Assembly (NCBI GenBank): GCA_045539625.1
Contig: JAZQFS010000042.1
Location: forward strand, 171 to 64,170
Origin: Eubacteriales bacterium
GTDB lineage: Bacteria; Bacillota; Clostridia; Oscillospirales; CAG-382
Reading direction: 5' to 3'
DNA length: 64,000 nt
Shown: piece by piece, positions 34,912-44,050 of the stretch
Numbering within the stretch: the first letter of the stretch is position 1
Layout of the letters: every line of letters starts with the position of its first letter
The notes under the pieces: generated by a model
The model's database searches: none
The model's input: only the letters and a program-made list of their open reading frames with translations
What the model was told of the DNA's origin: nothing
Made by a program: the position numbers and the translations under genes

Positions 34912-35931
34912 TCATCCTTTCTTGAGGACTCTTTTTATATTCTTACACATATTGAGAAAGTAAAACGCTGTTCTATAGCATTTTTTCTGCATTAAAAACA
35001 CGGTTATTTTACTTTTACGTGATATACTCTCAAATCTCGCTTTAGAGATTCTCTCTCCATGTATGGAGTTTTTGATATTTTCTTTAAGCGGCTTTATGCT
35101 TTTAAAATGGTTACCTTCTGCTGCCGATGCAAGTATTGCAAAGCACATAAAGCAGGAATAACGGCAAATTTGTTCTTCAAAATCAGGAATCACTGTGAAG
35201 TCATTTTTACCTATTTCATTTATCACGTTTTCCACAAGGAAAATCTGTTTAGTATTAAACTCCTTTGACAGTGAATCTTCTCTTACTGTATACAAATAAG
35301 TTTCTTTTTTACTGATATACACGCTTTTTGCCGCAAGATAGCAAGGCACAACACAGCAAAGGTCTTCGCCAAGAGAGATTGATTCACTGACACTAAGCTG
35401 AATTGGTGTGAGAAGTTCTCTTCTTACAGCCTTTCCCGACAAATAGTAGGAAACGTGATTCATATTCTTATCCATTAAAAGTCTCGGGAAAATATACTGC
35501 TGTATTCCCTTCTCGTCATAAAAGCCTTCTTCAAGACCGTCATTGGTGACATTTACCATTTTTTCGCCTTTTACCCATCTATATGAGAAGGATACAATAT
35601 CACATTTTGTTTCGCATATTTTATTATACGCACATTCAAGTGTATCGTTTTCTATAAGGTCATCGGAATCAAGGTTAAAAACGTATTCACCCACAGCTTC
35701 CTTTATCCCCGCTCTTCTTGCACTTGCAAGACCGCCGTTGCTCTTATGAACAACCTTTACACGGCTATCCTTTTCTTTATAGCTGTCACAGATTGCAGGA
35801 CAGTTATCGGGAGAGCCGTCATCCACAAGAACAAGTTCAAAATCTGAAAAGCTCTGTTTCAACACACTGTCAACACAAGCCTTCAAGTACTTTTCCACCT
35901 TATATACCGGAACTATTACCGAAAAAAACAT
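34912..35931 (-). CDS. family 2 glycosyltransferase
   Basis: FSVIVPVYKVEKYLKACVDSVLKQSFSDFELVLVDDGSPDN...LDSDD. Confidence 0.85.
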   Translation of the reverse strand: MFFSVIVPVYKVEKYLKACVDSVLKQSFSDFELVLVDDGSPDNCPAICDSYKEKDSRVKVVHKSNGGLASARRAGIKEAVGEYVFNLDSDDLIENDTLECAYNKICETKCDIVSFSYRWVKGEKMVNVTNDGLEEGFYDEKGIQQYIFPRLLMDKNMNHVSYYLSGKAVRRELLTPIQLSVSESISLGEDLCCVVPCYLAAKSVYISKKETYLYTVREDSLSKEFNTKQIFLVENVINEIGKNDFTVIPDFEEQICRYSCFMCFAILASAAEGNHFKSIKPLKENIKNSIHGERISKARFESISRKSKITVFLMQKKCYRTAFYFLNMCKNIKRVLKKG

Positions 35932-35940
35932 AGACTACTC

Positions 35941-37008
35941 CTATTTGCTTCTTAATTCAACCAGTAATTTCATAAGAAAATACAATCTGCACTTCATACA
36001 GTATGCAAACACTCTTTGTTTAAGCGGAAGTGTTGCAATGGGATACATTTTCAGAGCTTTTATACTTTGCTTATGGGTACAAATCTTTTTAAGCATTTTC
36101 CCTGTTTCAGAAAACTTGATACCGTTAACTTTACCGTACATTATTTCCTGTGTACAGATAACTCTGCACATAGCCTGCCAAAATCTGTTTATATAGATAC
36201 CGTATTCTTTTTCATCAATGTCGTTTTTAAAATTCTTTTCAACTTCACTCACAAAAACAAGGCTCTTTTCAAATCTATCCTGTTTACGGGATTTTGAAAT
36301 TGAATCTTCATTTCGGCAGTAATTGTAATATGCACCGTCTATTCCCGTAGCCTTACTTATATTGGAAATATAATCAATCATGAAAAGTGCATCCTCCGAA
36401 AGCATTTCACGTTCAGATTTGAAGGTTATTTTATTCTTCTTTATTATCTCAGTTCTGAAAAGATTTTTCCAGATACTCATGCCGTATTTACTGTCGTCGT
36501 CATCCCCCGGCAATGCACCTACAATACCCATTCTCAGTTTTTTCAGCATTTCGGGAGTATCAAAATGAGTATCCTTATCGAAGTAGCTTTTCCTGTCGCA
36601 GCCACCCTTTTCGCTGAACATATTTCCGTCAACAAATATTACCCCGGACATTACAAGGTCACTGTCATACTGTACTGCCTTATTATACAGAGTCTTAAAC
36701 ATACAAGGCTCTGCATAATCGTCGGAATCGCAAAAGCCGACGTATTCTCCGCTGACAAGCTCAAGTCCTGCATTACGTGCATAGCCTGCACCCTCATTCA
36801 CCTTATGTATAACCTTGATTCGGGAATCTTCCTTCGCCATTTTATTACACATTTCAAGTGAAGAATCGGTTGACGAATCATCAACAAGGATTATTTCAAT
36901 ATCACAAAGTGTCTGATTCTGCAACGAGCTTACACATCTTTCAAGATATTTTTCAGCATTGTACACGGGAACAACAATACTGACCTTAGGCTGTGACAAG
37001 TATCTCAC
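35941..37008 (-). CDS. family 2 glycosyltransferase
   Basis: VSIVVPVYNAEKYLERCVSSLQNQTLCDIEIILVDDSSTDSS...CDSDD. Confidence 0.85.
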   Translation of the reverse strand: MRYLSQPKVSIVVPVYNAEKYLERCVSSLQNQTLCDIEIILVDDSSTDSSLEMCNKMAKEDSRIKVIHKVNEGAGYARNAGLELVSGEYVGFCDSDDYAEPCMFKTLYNKAVQYDSDLVMSGVIFVDGNMFSEKGGCDRKSYFDKDTHFDTPEMLKKLRMGIVGALPGDDDDSKYGMSIWKNLFRTEIIKKNKITFKSEREMLSEDALFMIDYISNISKATGIDGAYYNYCRNEDSISKSRKQDRFEKSLVFVSEVEKNFKNDIDEKEYGIYINRFWQAMCRVICTQEIMYGKVNGIKFSETGKMLKKICTHKQSIKALKMYPIATLPLKQRVFAYCMKCRLYFLMKLLVELRSK

Positions 37009-38213
37009 CTCTTAGTTAATCTTTCATATTCCTCGAACAGAATATTGGCGTAGCTTTCTACGCTGAGAATATTATCTTTTTCGTTTTTACAGTTTTGCTC
37101 AAGGGTATTATAATAATCCTCATTTTCCAGTGTCGCTTTGATTTTTTCAGCAATTCCATGAGGTGTCGGTTCATTTACAAGAGTTCCTGTAACGCCGTCC
37201 TTCACAAGCTCTGCCATTCCTCCGCTGTTCATTGTGACAACGGGAACACCCATGGCATGTGCTTCGAGAATTGACAGCGGGCAGTTTTCATAGCATACCG
37301 ACGGAAGCAGCAGCACCTTTGCATTTCCGACAAGCTTTGTCAGTTCATCGCCGGTAAGAAATCCTGCAAGCTTTACATTGGGTATATCTTTAAGAACAGC
37401 CTCATCAGGACCGTTTCCTGCAACAACAAAGTTATATTGCGGCAAAAGCTTTGCCGTACCTGCTATATTTTCGATGCCCTTCTCCTTGGAAAGTCTGCCC
37501 ACATAAGCTATATAATCTTCCCTGTTCCGCTGTGAACCTGAAAACTTTTCTTTATTTATGAAATTATGTATTGTTTTGGTTTTACCTTTATAATACGTCT
37601 TTGAGGACAGCAGTTTATTCTCAAGAAAATTACTTGGGCACACGTACAAGTCAACTTTTTTATAAGTTTTAAGAAGTGAATAAAGCTTTGCTTCCACAAC
37701 TCCCAGTATACTTTTCACCAAAGAGCCGTGGATACATTTATTCTTGATACATCCGATATGCGAGCCCTTCAGGCACTTTTCGCAAGGGGTATTTTTATCA
37801 AAATTATAAAGAAGGTGATTGGGACAAATCATCTGATAGTCATGAACTGTCTGAACAAGAGGAACGCCCTTCTTCTTTACGCCATGAATAATTGAGGGAG
37901 TAAGCTGGAAGTTAATATTGTTCATATGGACGATATCAGGCTTAAAATCGTCTATTACCTGCATAATCTTCTTTTTTGCTTCAAAGGAATAGATAATTTT
38001 AAAGGGATAGAGAAATCTTGCAAGCCCTGTGGAATGAAAGTCCATATTTTTTGTATACAAGCCTTTGGCATTACCCACTGTATTTTTCTCATCGTACATT
38101 CCGAAAAACTGTACCTCATGCCCCATTTTCTGAAAACACTCAGCTAAGTATAACATATAGCTTTCGCTTCCGCCCCTTGGGTAGAGAAATTTATTAACCA
38201 TCAGAATTTTCAT
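37005..38213 (-). CDS. family 4 (GT-B) glycosyltransferase
   Basis: N-terminal MKILMVNKFLYPRGGSESYML and C-terminal Glycos_transf_1 pattern (LLLPSVCYENCPLSILEAHAMGVPVVT). 4-nt overlap with the next gene. Confidence 0.85.
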   Translation of the reverse strand: MKILMVNKFLYPRGGSESYMLYLAECFQKMGHEVQFFGMYDEKNTVGNAKGLYTKNMDFHSTGLARFLYPFKIIYSFEAKKKIMQVIDDFKPDIVHMNNINFQLTPSIIHGVKKKGVPLVQTVHDYQMICPNHLLYNFDKNTPCEKCLKGSHIGCIKNKCIHGSLVKSILGVVEAKLYSLLKTYKKVDLYVCPSNFLENKLLSSKTYYKGKTKTIHNFINKEKFSGSQRNREDYIAYVGRLSKEKGIENIAGTAKLLPQYNFVVAGNGPDEAVLKDIPNVKLAGFLTGDELTKLVGNAKVLLLPSVCYENCPLSILEAHAMGVPVVTMNSGGMAELVKDGVTGTLVNEPTPHGIAEKIKATLENEDYYNTLEQNCKNEKDNILSVESYANILFEEYERLTKR

Positions 38214-39529
38214 AGCAGTGCATCACTTTCCTCTTTTTGATTAGCCTTTGACACAACGCCGAATATTTTTTTCTCGTTGTGTATTACGTTATCTTCATAG
38301 GAATTTCCCATCATCAGCATTGCAAGAACGCCTGTAAGCAAGGGATAGTTCATGGTATTATCGGTTGACGATACAACTATAAGATAAACGGTAAGCATAA
38401 AGGTTATAATAGCATCATCAACTCTGCCTTTTCTGCCGAAATACCACACTCTTACCAAGGTCATTGACACAAGCCACACAATATATCCCCAAAATCCAAG
38501 GTCAATAAAGTGCTGAAGAAAGTCGTTATGCACAGATGCAACGCCCACATTCATAAAGGTATTGAGCTGATATGTGAGAAAACCGATACCGTTACCTAAA
38601 AAGCCGGGATCAAATTCATAAAACTTATCCACGGCGTTATAGATTTCTACTCGTCCGCTGGTGTTTATTCCCGCTTTTTCAAGCAGTTCAAAAGCATCCA
38701 TTTTAATAAGGGCAATATATCCGATAAGCAGTGCTATTACAACAATCGAAAAGAAAGTCACAAGTCTGCTTGCCGTTTTACCGTTATACTTTGCAACAAA
38801 CTTCAGAAAGTACCCAAATACCAAAGCCAGAACTATTGCAATCATGGCAATTCGCTTGAATGCCGACAAAAAACAAAATCCGCTGAGAGCAAGAAGTACA
38901 AAATACACTATATTTTTTCTCGGCTTATACAGCATATAAATAAGATATGCACCGAGACAAAAGGCAAGCTCGTGGATTTCCGCCTGAACGATAATATCTC
39001 CCGTAACACCTGCAAAGGTGGTTACAAGGGTGATAAATTCAGACATATAGCTTGAAAGTCCGTACCTTGCGATAACCGTCAGTATCATAAGCAGATTTGC
39101 AATAATTATTGCCAAAAGGTTATACCATATTCCTTTTTTTCCGAACACATACAGCAGTGCTCCCGATGCCAATGCAAAGGACAGCATATTTGCGTATATA
39201 AAGGAGCTTGAAAGTCCTCTTGACATAACTCCCACATCCACCGTTTCCATAAACCACACAAACAGGGATACTACCGTTGTCACAAGCAAAGGAACACTGT
39301 AAATACAGGCATCCGCAAAGGATGTGAAGCCTCTTGCAATATTGGGTTTATACAAAAACAGAAGTGTTGCCGAGCCAAAGAGAACAAGAGCAAATGCGTG
39401 GCGGAATGTGACGTGCAAGCCTATGTCTATATATTCATTGAGAAAATAATACATCATTACGGCTACTGCCACAAAATAAACCTTTTTAGCTTTTTCAACC
39501 AATTTATTCTCCAAGCATTTGCCCTCCAT
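38210..39529 (-). CDS. O-antigen ligase/polymerase family membrane protein (Wzy-like)
   Basis: About 10-12 TM segments with a larger loop in the C-terminal third. It sits between the GTs and the PCP genes. Assigned by architecture and context only. Confidence 0.65.
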   Translation of the reverse strand: MEGKCLENKLVEKAKKVYFVAVAVMMYYFLNEYIDIGLHVTFRHAFALVLFGSATLLFLYKPNIARGFTSFADACIYSVPLLVTTVVSLFVWFMETVDVGVMSRGLSSSFIYANMLSFALASGALLYVFGKKGIWYNLLAIIIANLLMILTVIARYGLSSYMSEFITLVTTFAGVTGDIIVQAEIHELAFCLGAYLIYMLYKPRKNIVYFVLLALSGFCFLSAFKRIAMIAIVLALVFGYFLKFVAKYNGKTASRLVTFFSIVVIALLIGYIALIKMDAFELLEKAGINTSGRVEIYNAVDKFYEFDPGFLGNGIGFLTYQLNTFMNVGVASVHNDFLQHFIDLGFWGYIVWLVSMTLVRVWYFGRKGRVDDAIITFMLTVYLIVVSSTDNTMNYPLLTGVLAMLMMGNSYEDNVIHNEKKIFGVVSKANQKEESDALL

Positions 39530-39550
39530 TCCCTGATTCTTGTTTATGTA

Positions 39551-41419
39551 CTATGCGTTTTTATCCCTCATATCGGAGCTATAGTTCTTTTTGTCCCGGA
39601 TTGCTTCAGAAAGCAGCTTTCGTGCCGTTTTATTTTCCTTGAAGGTTTCGGCAATACCAATCTTATACTCAATTACAACATTATCAAACTGTTCTCTTTC
39701 ATCAAGTCTCAGTCTGAACAGTCTCATTATATCTTCAACCGTGATATAATCCGAGTCTTCCGTCAGCATAACAAAGCTTCCGTTACCGTTATATATATAG
39801 TCAGTCTTGGATTTACCGTAGGTCTCTTTAAGATAACGTGTGAACATCTTTATGATTTCATCACCTGTTTCTCTTGAATACTCGGTATTGATATGTACAA
39901 GATTTGTTATATCAACTACACAGTAAACATTACCGTCATCAAGCAGCTTTTTATCCTTGGATTTCAAGTACTTATCAAGGTATGCTCTGTTATTGAGTTC
40001 CGTAAGGTGGTCAGTATAGAAGATATAGCTTATAATATCGCCTGTTCTGCCAAGCACGACTGTACCGCCGCAGCAAAGAATCATAAGGAAGAAAAATGCA
40101 ATTGCCGTATAAAGCTTTACATTTACGCTTTCTCTGATTGATGCCGACGAAAGCACAGAAATATAGCTTGCACCGAGATACTTATTATACTCATCATTGG
40201 TTTTCATGGTAATATCGTAAAGCACATTAAGTTCTGAAAGAAGGGTATCAATTCCGCTTTCTACCTCAGCTCTTTCAGCAGCATACTGATTATCGCAGAT
40301 TTCTCTGCACGTCATATTGGAATTTGCACAGATGCCGCCGCAATTACCTGTACAGCTTGTAAATGTCTCAAGAACATAATTACAGTATGCTGAATCAATT
40401 ATTGCGTGTTCTCTGCTTTCATTCAGGTCTCTCCAACTGTAAATCAGTTCGTCATAAGTAACCGTCTGATCTCCGAAATAATCCTGAACGTCTCTTTCAT
40501 GAAGATTATCAAGAATATACTCGTATGTAATATTCGTATTGCCCGATTCTCTCATTTTTGTGACATAAGCATCAATTACTTCTACAACGTCCTCAATAAT
40601 ACTTTCATCCTTTTCATTGGAAATATTATTATTGTCTATTCTGGTGGTGTAGTCAGAAACAAGCACAGGCTTATTCTTTGTAATCTGATACTTATAAATC
40701 TTTGAGAAAAGTGCCGACACTTTTACCTGTCTTAAATAATTAAAGTCATCAGCAAGCTCGGCGAATGAAAATCCGGTCTCTGTTGATCTGTAGTAATTAT
40801 TCTGGTCTATTCTCTGATACAAGGTTGCAAGAGTATTATCAATACTTGTATCTATCAGCTCAAGCATTTCAATATAATCATAGTCGTTTTTATCAAGATT
40901 ATCTATGGTATTATTTGCAGGAGCTACATTTACGTACTTCTGGCTGAACTGCTCGAAATAAACATCAAGTATTTCATCAAGTACCGTTCTTGCAAAATCA
41001 GGACCTTCTCCGCTTGTAGCAGCGAAAGACACTATGAATGTGCTTGGCTTATAAACATATTCTTCGCCTTCTTCAAGCTTTGCATCCTTTTGAGCCACCT
41101 TATCGGCATCCTCAATCGGGTATATATCAATTCGTGAGATAAGGCTGTCTACCGAATAAATACCTGTAAGTCCCATTCTGTCAACAACCTTTGACATTAC
41201 TGCCGATGACTTTATTTCATTGACATCCAGTTTTTCGCCTGTAGGTGCAAGACCTTGCTCTGCCTGAGAGTCGTTATAGTGAATAACCTCTGAGGCAATA
41301 TAGGTGTTGGATTTTGAAAGCTTGAAATATACTGCACAAGTTGCCAGAAGGCAAACAACAAAGATGACAGGCAAAAGCTTTTTTAAATATCTTAAAATCT
41401 GAAGATTTTTCATTGTCAT
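39551..41419 (-). CDS. polysaccharide co-polymerase (Wzz/PCP-like) fused to a C-terminal degenerate GGDEF domain
   Basis: Wzz-type N-terminus with TM1 (LLPVIFVVCLLATCAVYF), a ~400-aa loop, and TM2 (LYTAIAFFFLMILCCGGTVVLG). The GGDEF fold follows: TDHLTELNNRAYLDKYL...INTEYSRETGDEIIKMF...IYNGNGSFVML, with GNGSF replacing GGDEF. Confidence 0.7.
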   Translation of the reverse strand: MTMKNLQILRYLKKLLPVIFVVCLLATCAVYFKLSKSNTYIASEVIHYNDSQAEQGLAPTGEKLDVNEIKSSAVMSKVVDRMGLTGIYSVDSLISRIDIYPIEDADKVAQKDAKLEEGEEYVYKPSTFIVSFAATSGEGPDFARTVLDEILDVYFEQFSQKYVNVAPANNTIDNLDKNDYDYIEMLELIDTSIDNTLATLYQRIDQNNYYRSTETGFSFAELADDFNYLRQVKVSALFSKIYKYQITKNKPVLVSDYTTRIDNNNISNEKDESIIEDVVEVIDAYVTKMRESGNTNITYEYILDNLHERDVQDYFGDQTVTYDELIYSWRDLNESREHAIIDSAYCNYVLETFTSCTGNCGGICANSNMTCREICDNQYAAERAEVESGIDTLLSELNVLYDITMKTNDEYNKYLGASYISVLSSASIRESVNVKLYTAIAFFFLMILCCGGTVVLGRTGDIISYIFYTDHLTELNNRAYLDKYLKSKDKKLLDDGNVYCVVDITNLVHINTEYSRETGDEIIKMFTRYLKETYGKSKTDYIYNGNGSFVMLTEDSDYITVEDIMRLFRLRLDEREQFDNVVIEYKIGIAETFKENKTARKLLSEAIRDKKNYSSDMRDKNA

Positions 41420-41425
41420 CCTCCT

Positions 41426-42781
41426 TTATGCCTTCTTGGGAAATTTGCGGGATATAAGGTACAGCATTACAGACAAATATGAAATAACGGCAAACACCAC
41501 AAGTGTTTTAAGCTCGCTCATGATGGAAATTCCGTAAATACTTACTGCTATACACTGATTCATCTTATGACGTGAATACTCTCTGCCTGCAGTTATGGCT
41601 TCTTTTTCAAAATCCTTTATGCTGTCATAAATTGACTCTATCAGCAAATCTGCGGAAGATGCAATTTGTGTATCCTTATTACCTGAATATATTTTATTTA
41701 TTATCAGATTATTATCCATGATTTCTTTTTCATTGGAAGCAACATAATTACTGAAATTTGTTGCCATTACAGACAGCTCATCAATTCCGACCTTTGTTCT
41801 TCCCATGTAGTATTTTCCGGACTTGTCCCATGTAGGAACAAGAACAATACGTGTCATTTCCTCGCTGTACATTGCAATTGCTTCGTTGCAAAGTCTATAG
41901 GAAGCGTCGTTTTTCTGTCTGTCAAAATCCACATTTTTATTATGGTATGAGAGTCTGTCAACGTAGCCGTCTTCGTCTCTTACAATTCCGTTCTGCAAAA
42001 TGAGAGAACGCAAATTCTGATTTATCTGTGTTTCCTTAAACTGGTAAACCTTTCCTGCAATTGAATTAAAGGTGCTTCCGTTTGAAGTAACAAAGCTGGG
42101 ATTCTTTCCTGCCATTCCGTAAAGGTAATTGAGTACAGCCTGTGTTTCTTTTTCAAAATACAGCACTATATCCATATATTCCATTTTGGAAAAGTCAGGC
42201 TTTTCAGCATCAAGCATGAAATTATCGGTATATTTTTCGATATAATACTCTTTATAAGCTGCTGTTATAAGCTTAATTACATTTTCCGAATCAAGATGCT
42301 GAGTATCCTTTGATGCGTGATATTCAACTGCAAATTCCGTTGAAATATGGTACTGCGATTCATCTGCTACACCGCCCTGCACACAAGGATACACCACAAG
42401 ACAGCTTTTAAGCTGTTTTACCGTTACATCCTCAAGAGCACCTTTTTCTATTGCTCTTGCAACAACCTCGTCGCTTATAATTTCCGCCATATTATATCTT
42501 GTACCGTTGGAATTAAGTGCCTGTGATGCTTCGGAATAATTAAGTGCCACCACTGCATGTACCGACTTTTTCATTTCAAAGTGGTTAAACACTCCGTAGA
42601 GAACGGTTGCAACAAAGCATATAAGAATTACCCATGCGTTAAAGTATTCCGCTGTTTTAAAAATACGTGCACGTTCATTACGGTTTACATTTTTCATTCT
42701 GAAAAATATCACCGCAGCCGATGCCGCAAACAGCACACCGACAATTAAAAGAATTACTTTCTGAAGTATATCGGTAAGCAT
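41426..42781 (-). CDS. second PCP/Wzz-like membrane protein (TM - large loop - TM, no cytoplasmic domain)
   Basis: N-terminal TM (VILLIVGVLFAASAAVIFF plus a second hydrophobic segment) and C-terminal TM (LVVFAVISYLSVMLYLI). Start at 42781 is preferred (GAGAGGGGA RBS). Call is based on topology and context. Confidence 0.55.
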   Translation of the reverse strand: MLTDILQKVILLIVGVLFAASAAVIFFRMKNVNRNERARIFKTAEYFNAWVILICFVATVLYGVFNHFEMKKSVHAVVALNYSEASQALNSNGTRYNMAEIISDEVVARAIEKGALEDVTVKQLKSCLVVYPCVQGGVADESQYHISTEFAVEYHASKDTQHLDSENVIKLITAAYKEYYIEKYTDNFMLDAEKPDFSKMEYMDIVLYFEKETQAVLNYLYGMAGKNPSFVTSNGSTFNSIAGKVYQFKETQINQNLRSLILQNGIVRDEDGYVDRLSYHNKNVDFDRQKNDASYRLCNEAIAMYSEEMTRIVLVPTWDKSGKYYMGRTKVGIDELSVMATNFSNYVASNEKEIMDNNLIINKIYSGNKDTQIASSADLLIESIYDSIKDFEKEAITAGREYSRHKMNQCIAVSIYGISIMSELKTLVVFAVISYLSVMLYLISRKFPKKA

Positions 42782-42800
42782 ATTACATCCCCTCTCTAAA

Positions 42801-44048
42801 CTAAAATTTGTTAATATCAATAACAACCAATTCAGGCTGGTTATTTATACGAAGTACATTTGAATTTTCAAGTCCTCCGCTTACTATCAGAGGTTTTCCT
42901 GACGCATCGTATCTTCCGTACACAAAGCTTCCGCTTCTTTCGGGGAACAAGCCGCCTTCGTAGGTATATAAAGGTCCGAGAACCGGTACACGTACAACAC
43001 CCCCGTGTGTATGTCCGCACACCATAAGGTCACCCCAGAATTCAGGGGCAAACTCTTCAAAAATGAAAGGCTCATGTACCGCCGTTATTTTAAGATTATC
43101 GGTATCGTTATAGATATAATCTGCAAATGCTTTTTCAGAATAAGACCAGAAGCAGGAAGGATTGGAGGTTAAAACACCGTAAACATCTATCTTCATGTTT
43201 TTAACGGTAATTGTATCCTTTTCATTCTTGAGCACATTGATACCTGCTTCTTCAAGCTGCTGTTCAAAGCTATCCTCTACTTCAAGCAAAGCATTTTCAT
43301 CACGGTATGTGCTGTCAAATTCAAAATACTCATCAAGCTCTTTTTCATTAAGGGCAAAATCGTATATACCTTCTACTTCGTTATTGCCGTACACATAGTA
43401 GGACGGTGCAATCTCCGACAGTCCCTTTGCAAGAGAAACAGCATATTGGGCATCTTCCTCAACAGAGTTAACAATATCACCCGTACAGATTATTATATCC
43501 GGCTCAAGTGCCGCAACACGTTTCAAAAGCTGTTCATTATCTTTACCGTATGAGGTATTATGCAAATCCGAAAGCTGAATTACACGTATATTACTGTCAA
43601 CCTTAATACTGCTTGTGCTGTAAAAGGTTTCTCTGAAATTACGGTTACCGATATAGCTGCATATCACAACTATAACCGCAGAAGCTATGCACACAAAAAT
43701 CATACCGATAACAAAGAATTTAAATGCCCTGATGTTCTTTTTAACCTTAGGACTGAGTGCATTATAGCCGCTGACCTTTACAATTTTAATTTTCTTTCCT
43801 TCACCCATTACAGAGCAAATACAGGAAAGAATTGTTTTTTTACATTCTTTCTTAAACTTTCCGATGCTTTCACTGCCGTGATACACAACTGTGACAGTTT
43901 TTTCATCATCCGTTTCAATGTCAAAAGCATCCGCCCACGAGTCATAAAGCTCAACCGGTGCAAGCTCCTTGAAAAGCTCTTTTATCTTTTCCTGATACTT
44001 TTCCGTATTCTCTATGTTTTTTATATTATCCATAAAAATGTCCTTCAC
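42801..44048 (-). CDS. membrane-anchored calcineurin-like metallophosphoesterase with an extra ~105-aa N-terminal domain
   Basis: MPE motifs: IQLSDLHN, CTGDIVN, YGNNE, CGHTHGG. A central TM segment (FFVIGMIFVCIASAVIVVICSYI). The N-terminal domain has a DnaA-domain-I-like pattern (YDSWADAF...EKTVTVVYHGSESIGKFKKECKKTILSCICSVMGEGKKIKIV). Confidence 0.75.
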   Translation of the reverse strand: MKDIFMDNIKNIENTEKYQEKIKELFKELAPVELYDSWADAFDIETDDEKTVTVVYHGSESIGKFKKECKKTILSCICSVMGEGKKIKIVKVSGYNALSPKVKKNIRAFKFFVIGMIFVCIASAVIVVICSYIGNRNFRETFYSTSSIKVDSNIRVIQLSDLHNTSYGKDNEQLLKRVAALEPDIIICTGDIVNSVEEDAQYAVSLAKGLSEIAPSYYVYGNNEVEGIYDFALNEKELDEYFEFDSTYRDENALLEVEDSFEQQLEEAGINVLKNEKDTITVKNMKIDVYGVLTSNPSCFWSYSEKAFADYIYNDTDNLKITAVHEPFIFEEFAPEFWGDLMVCGHTHGGVVRVPVLGPLYTYEGGLFPERSGSFVYGRYDASGKPLIVSGGLENSNVLRINNQPELVVIDINKF

Positions 44049-44050
44049 TT

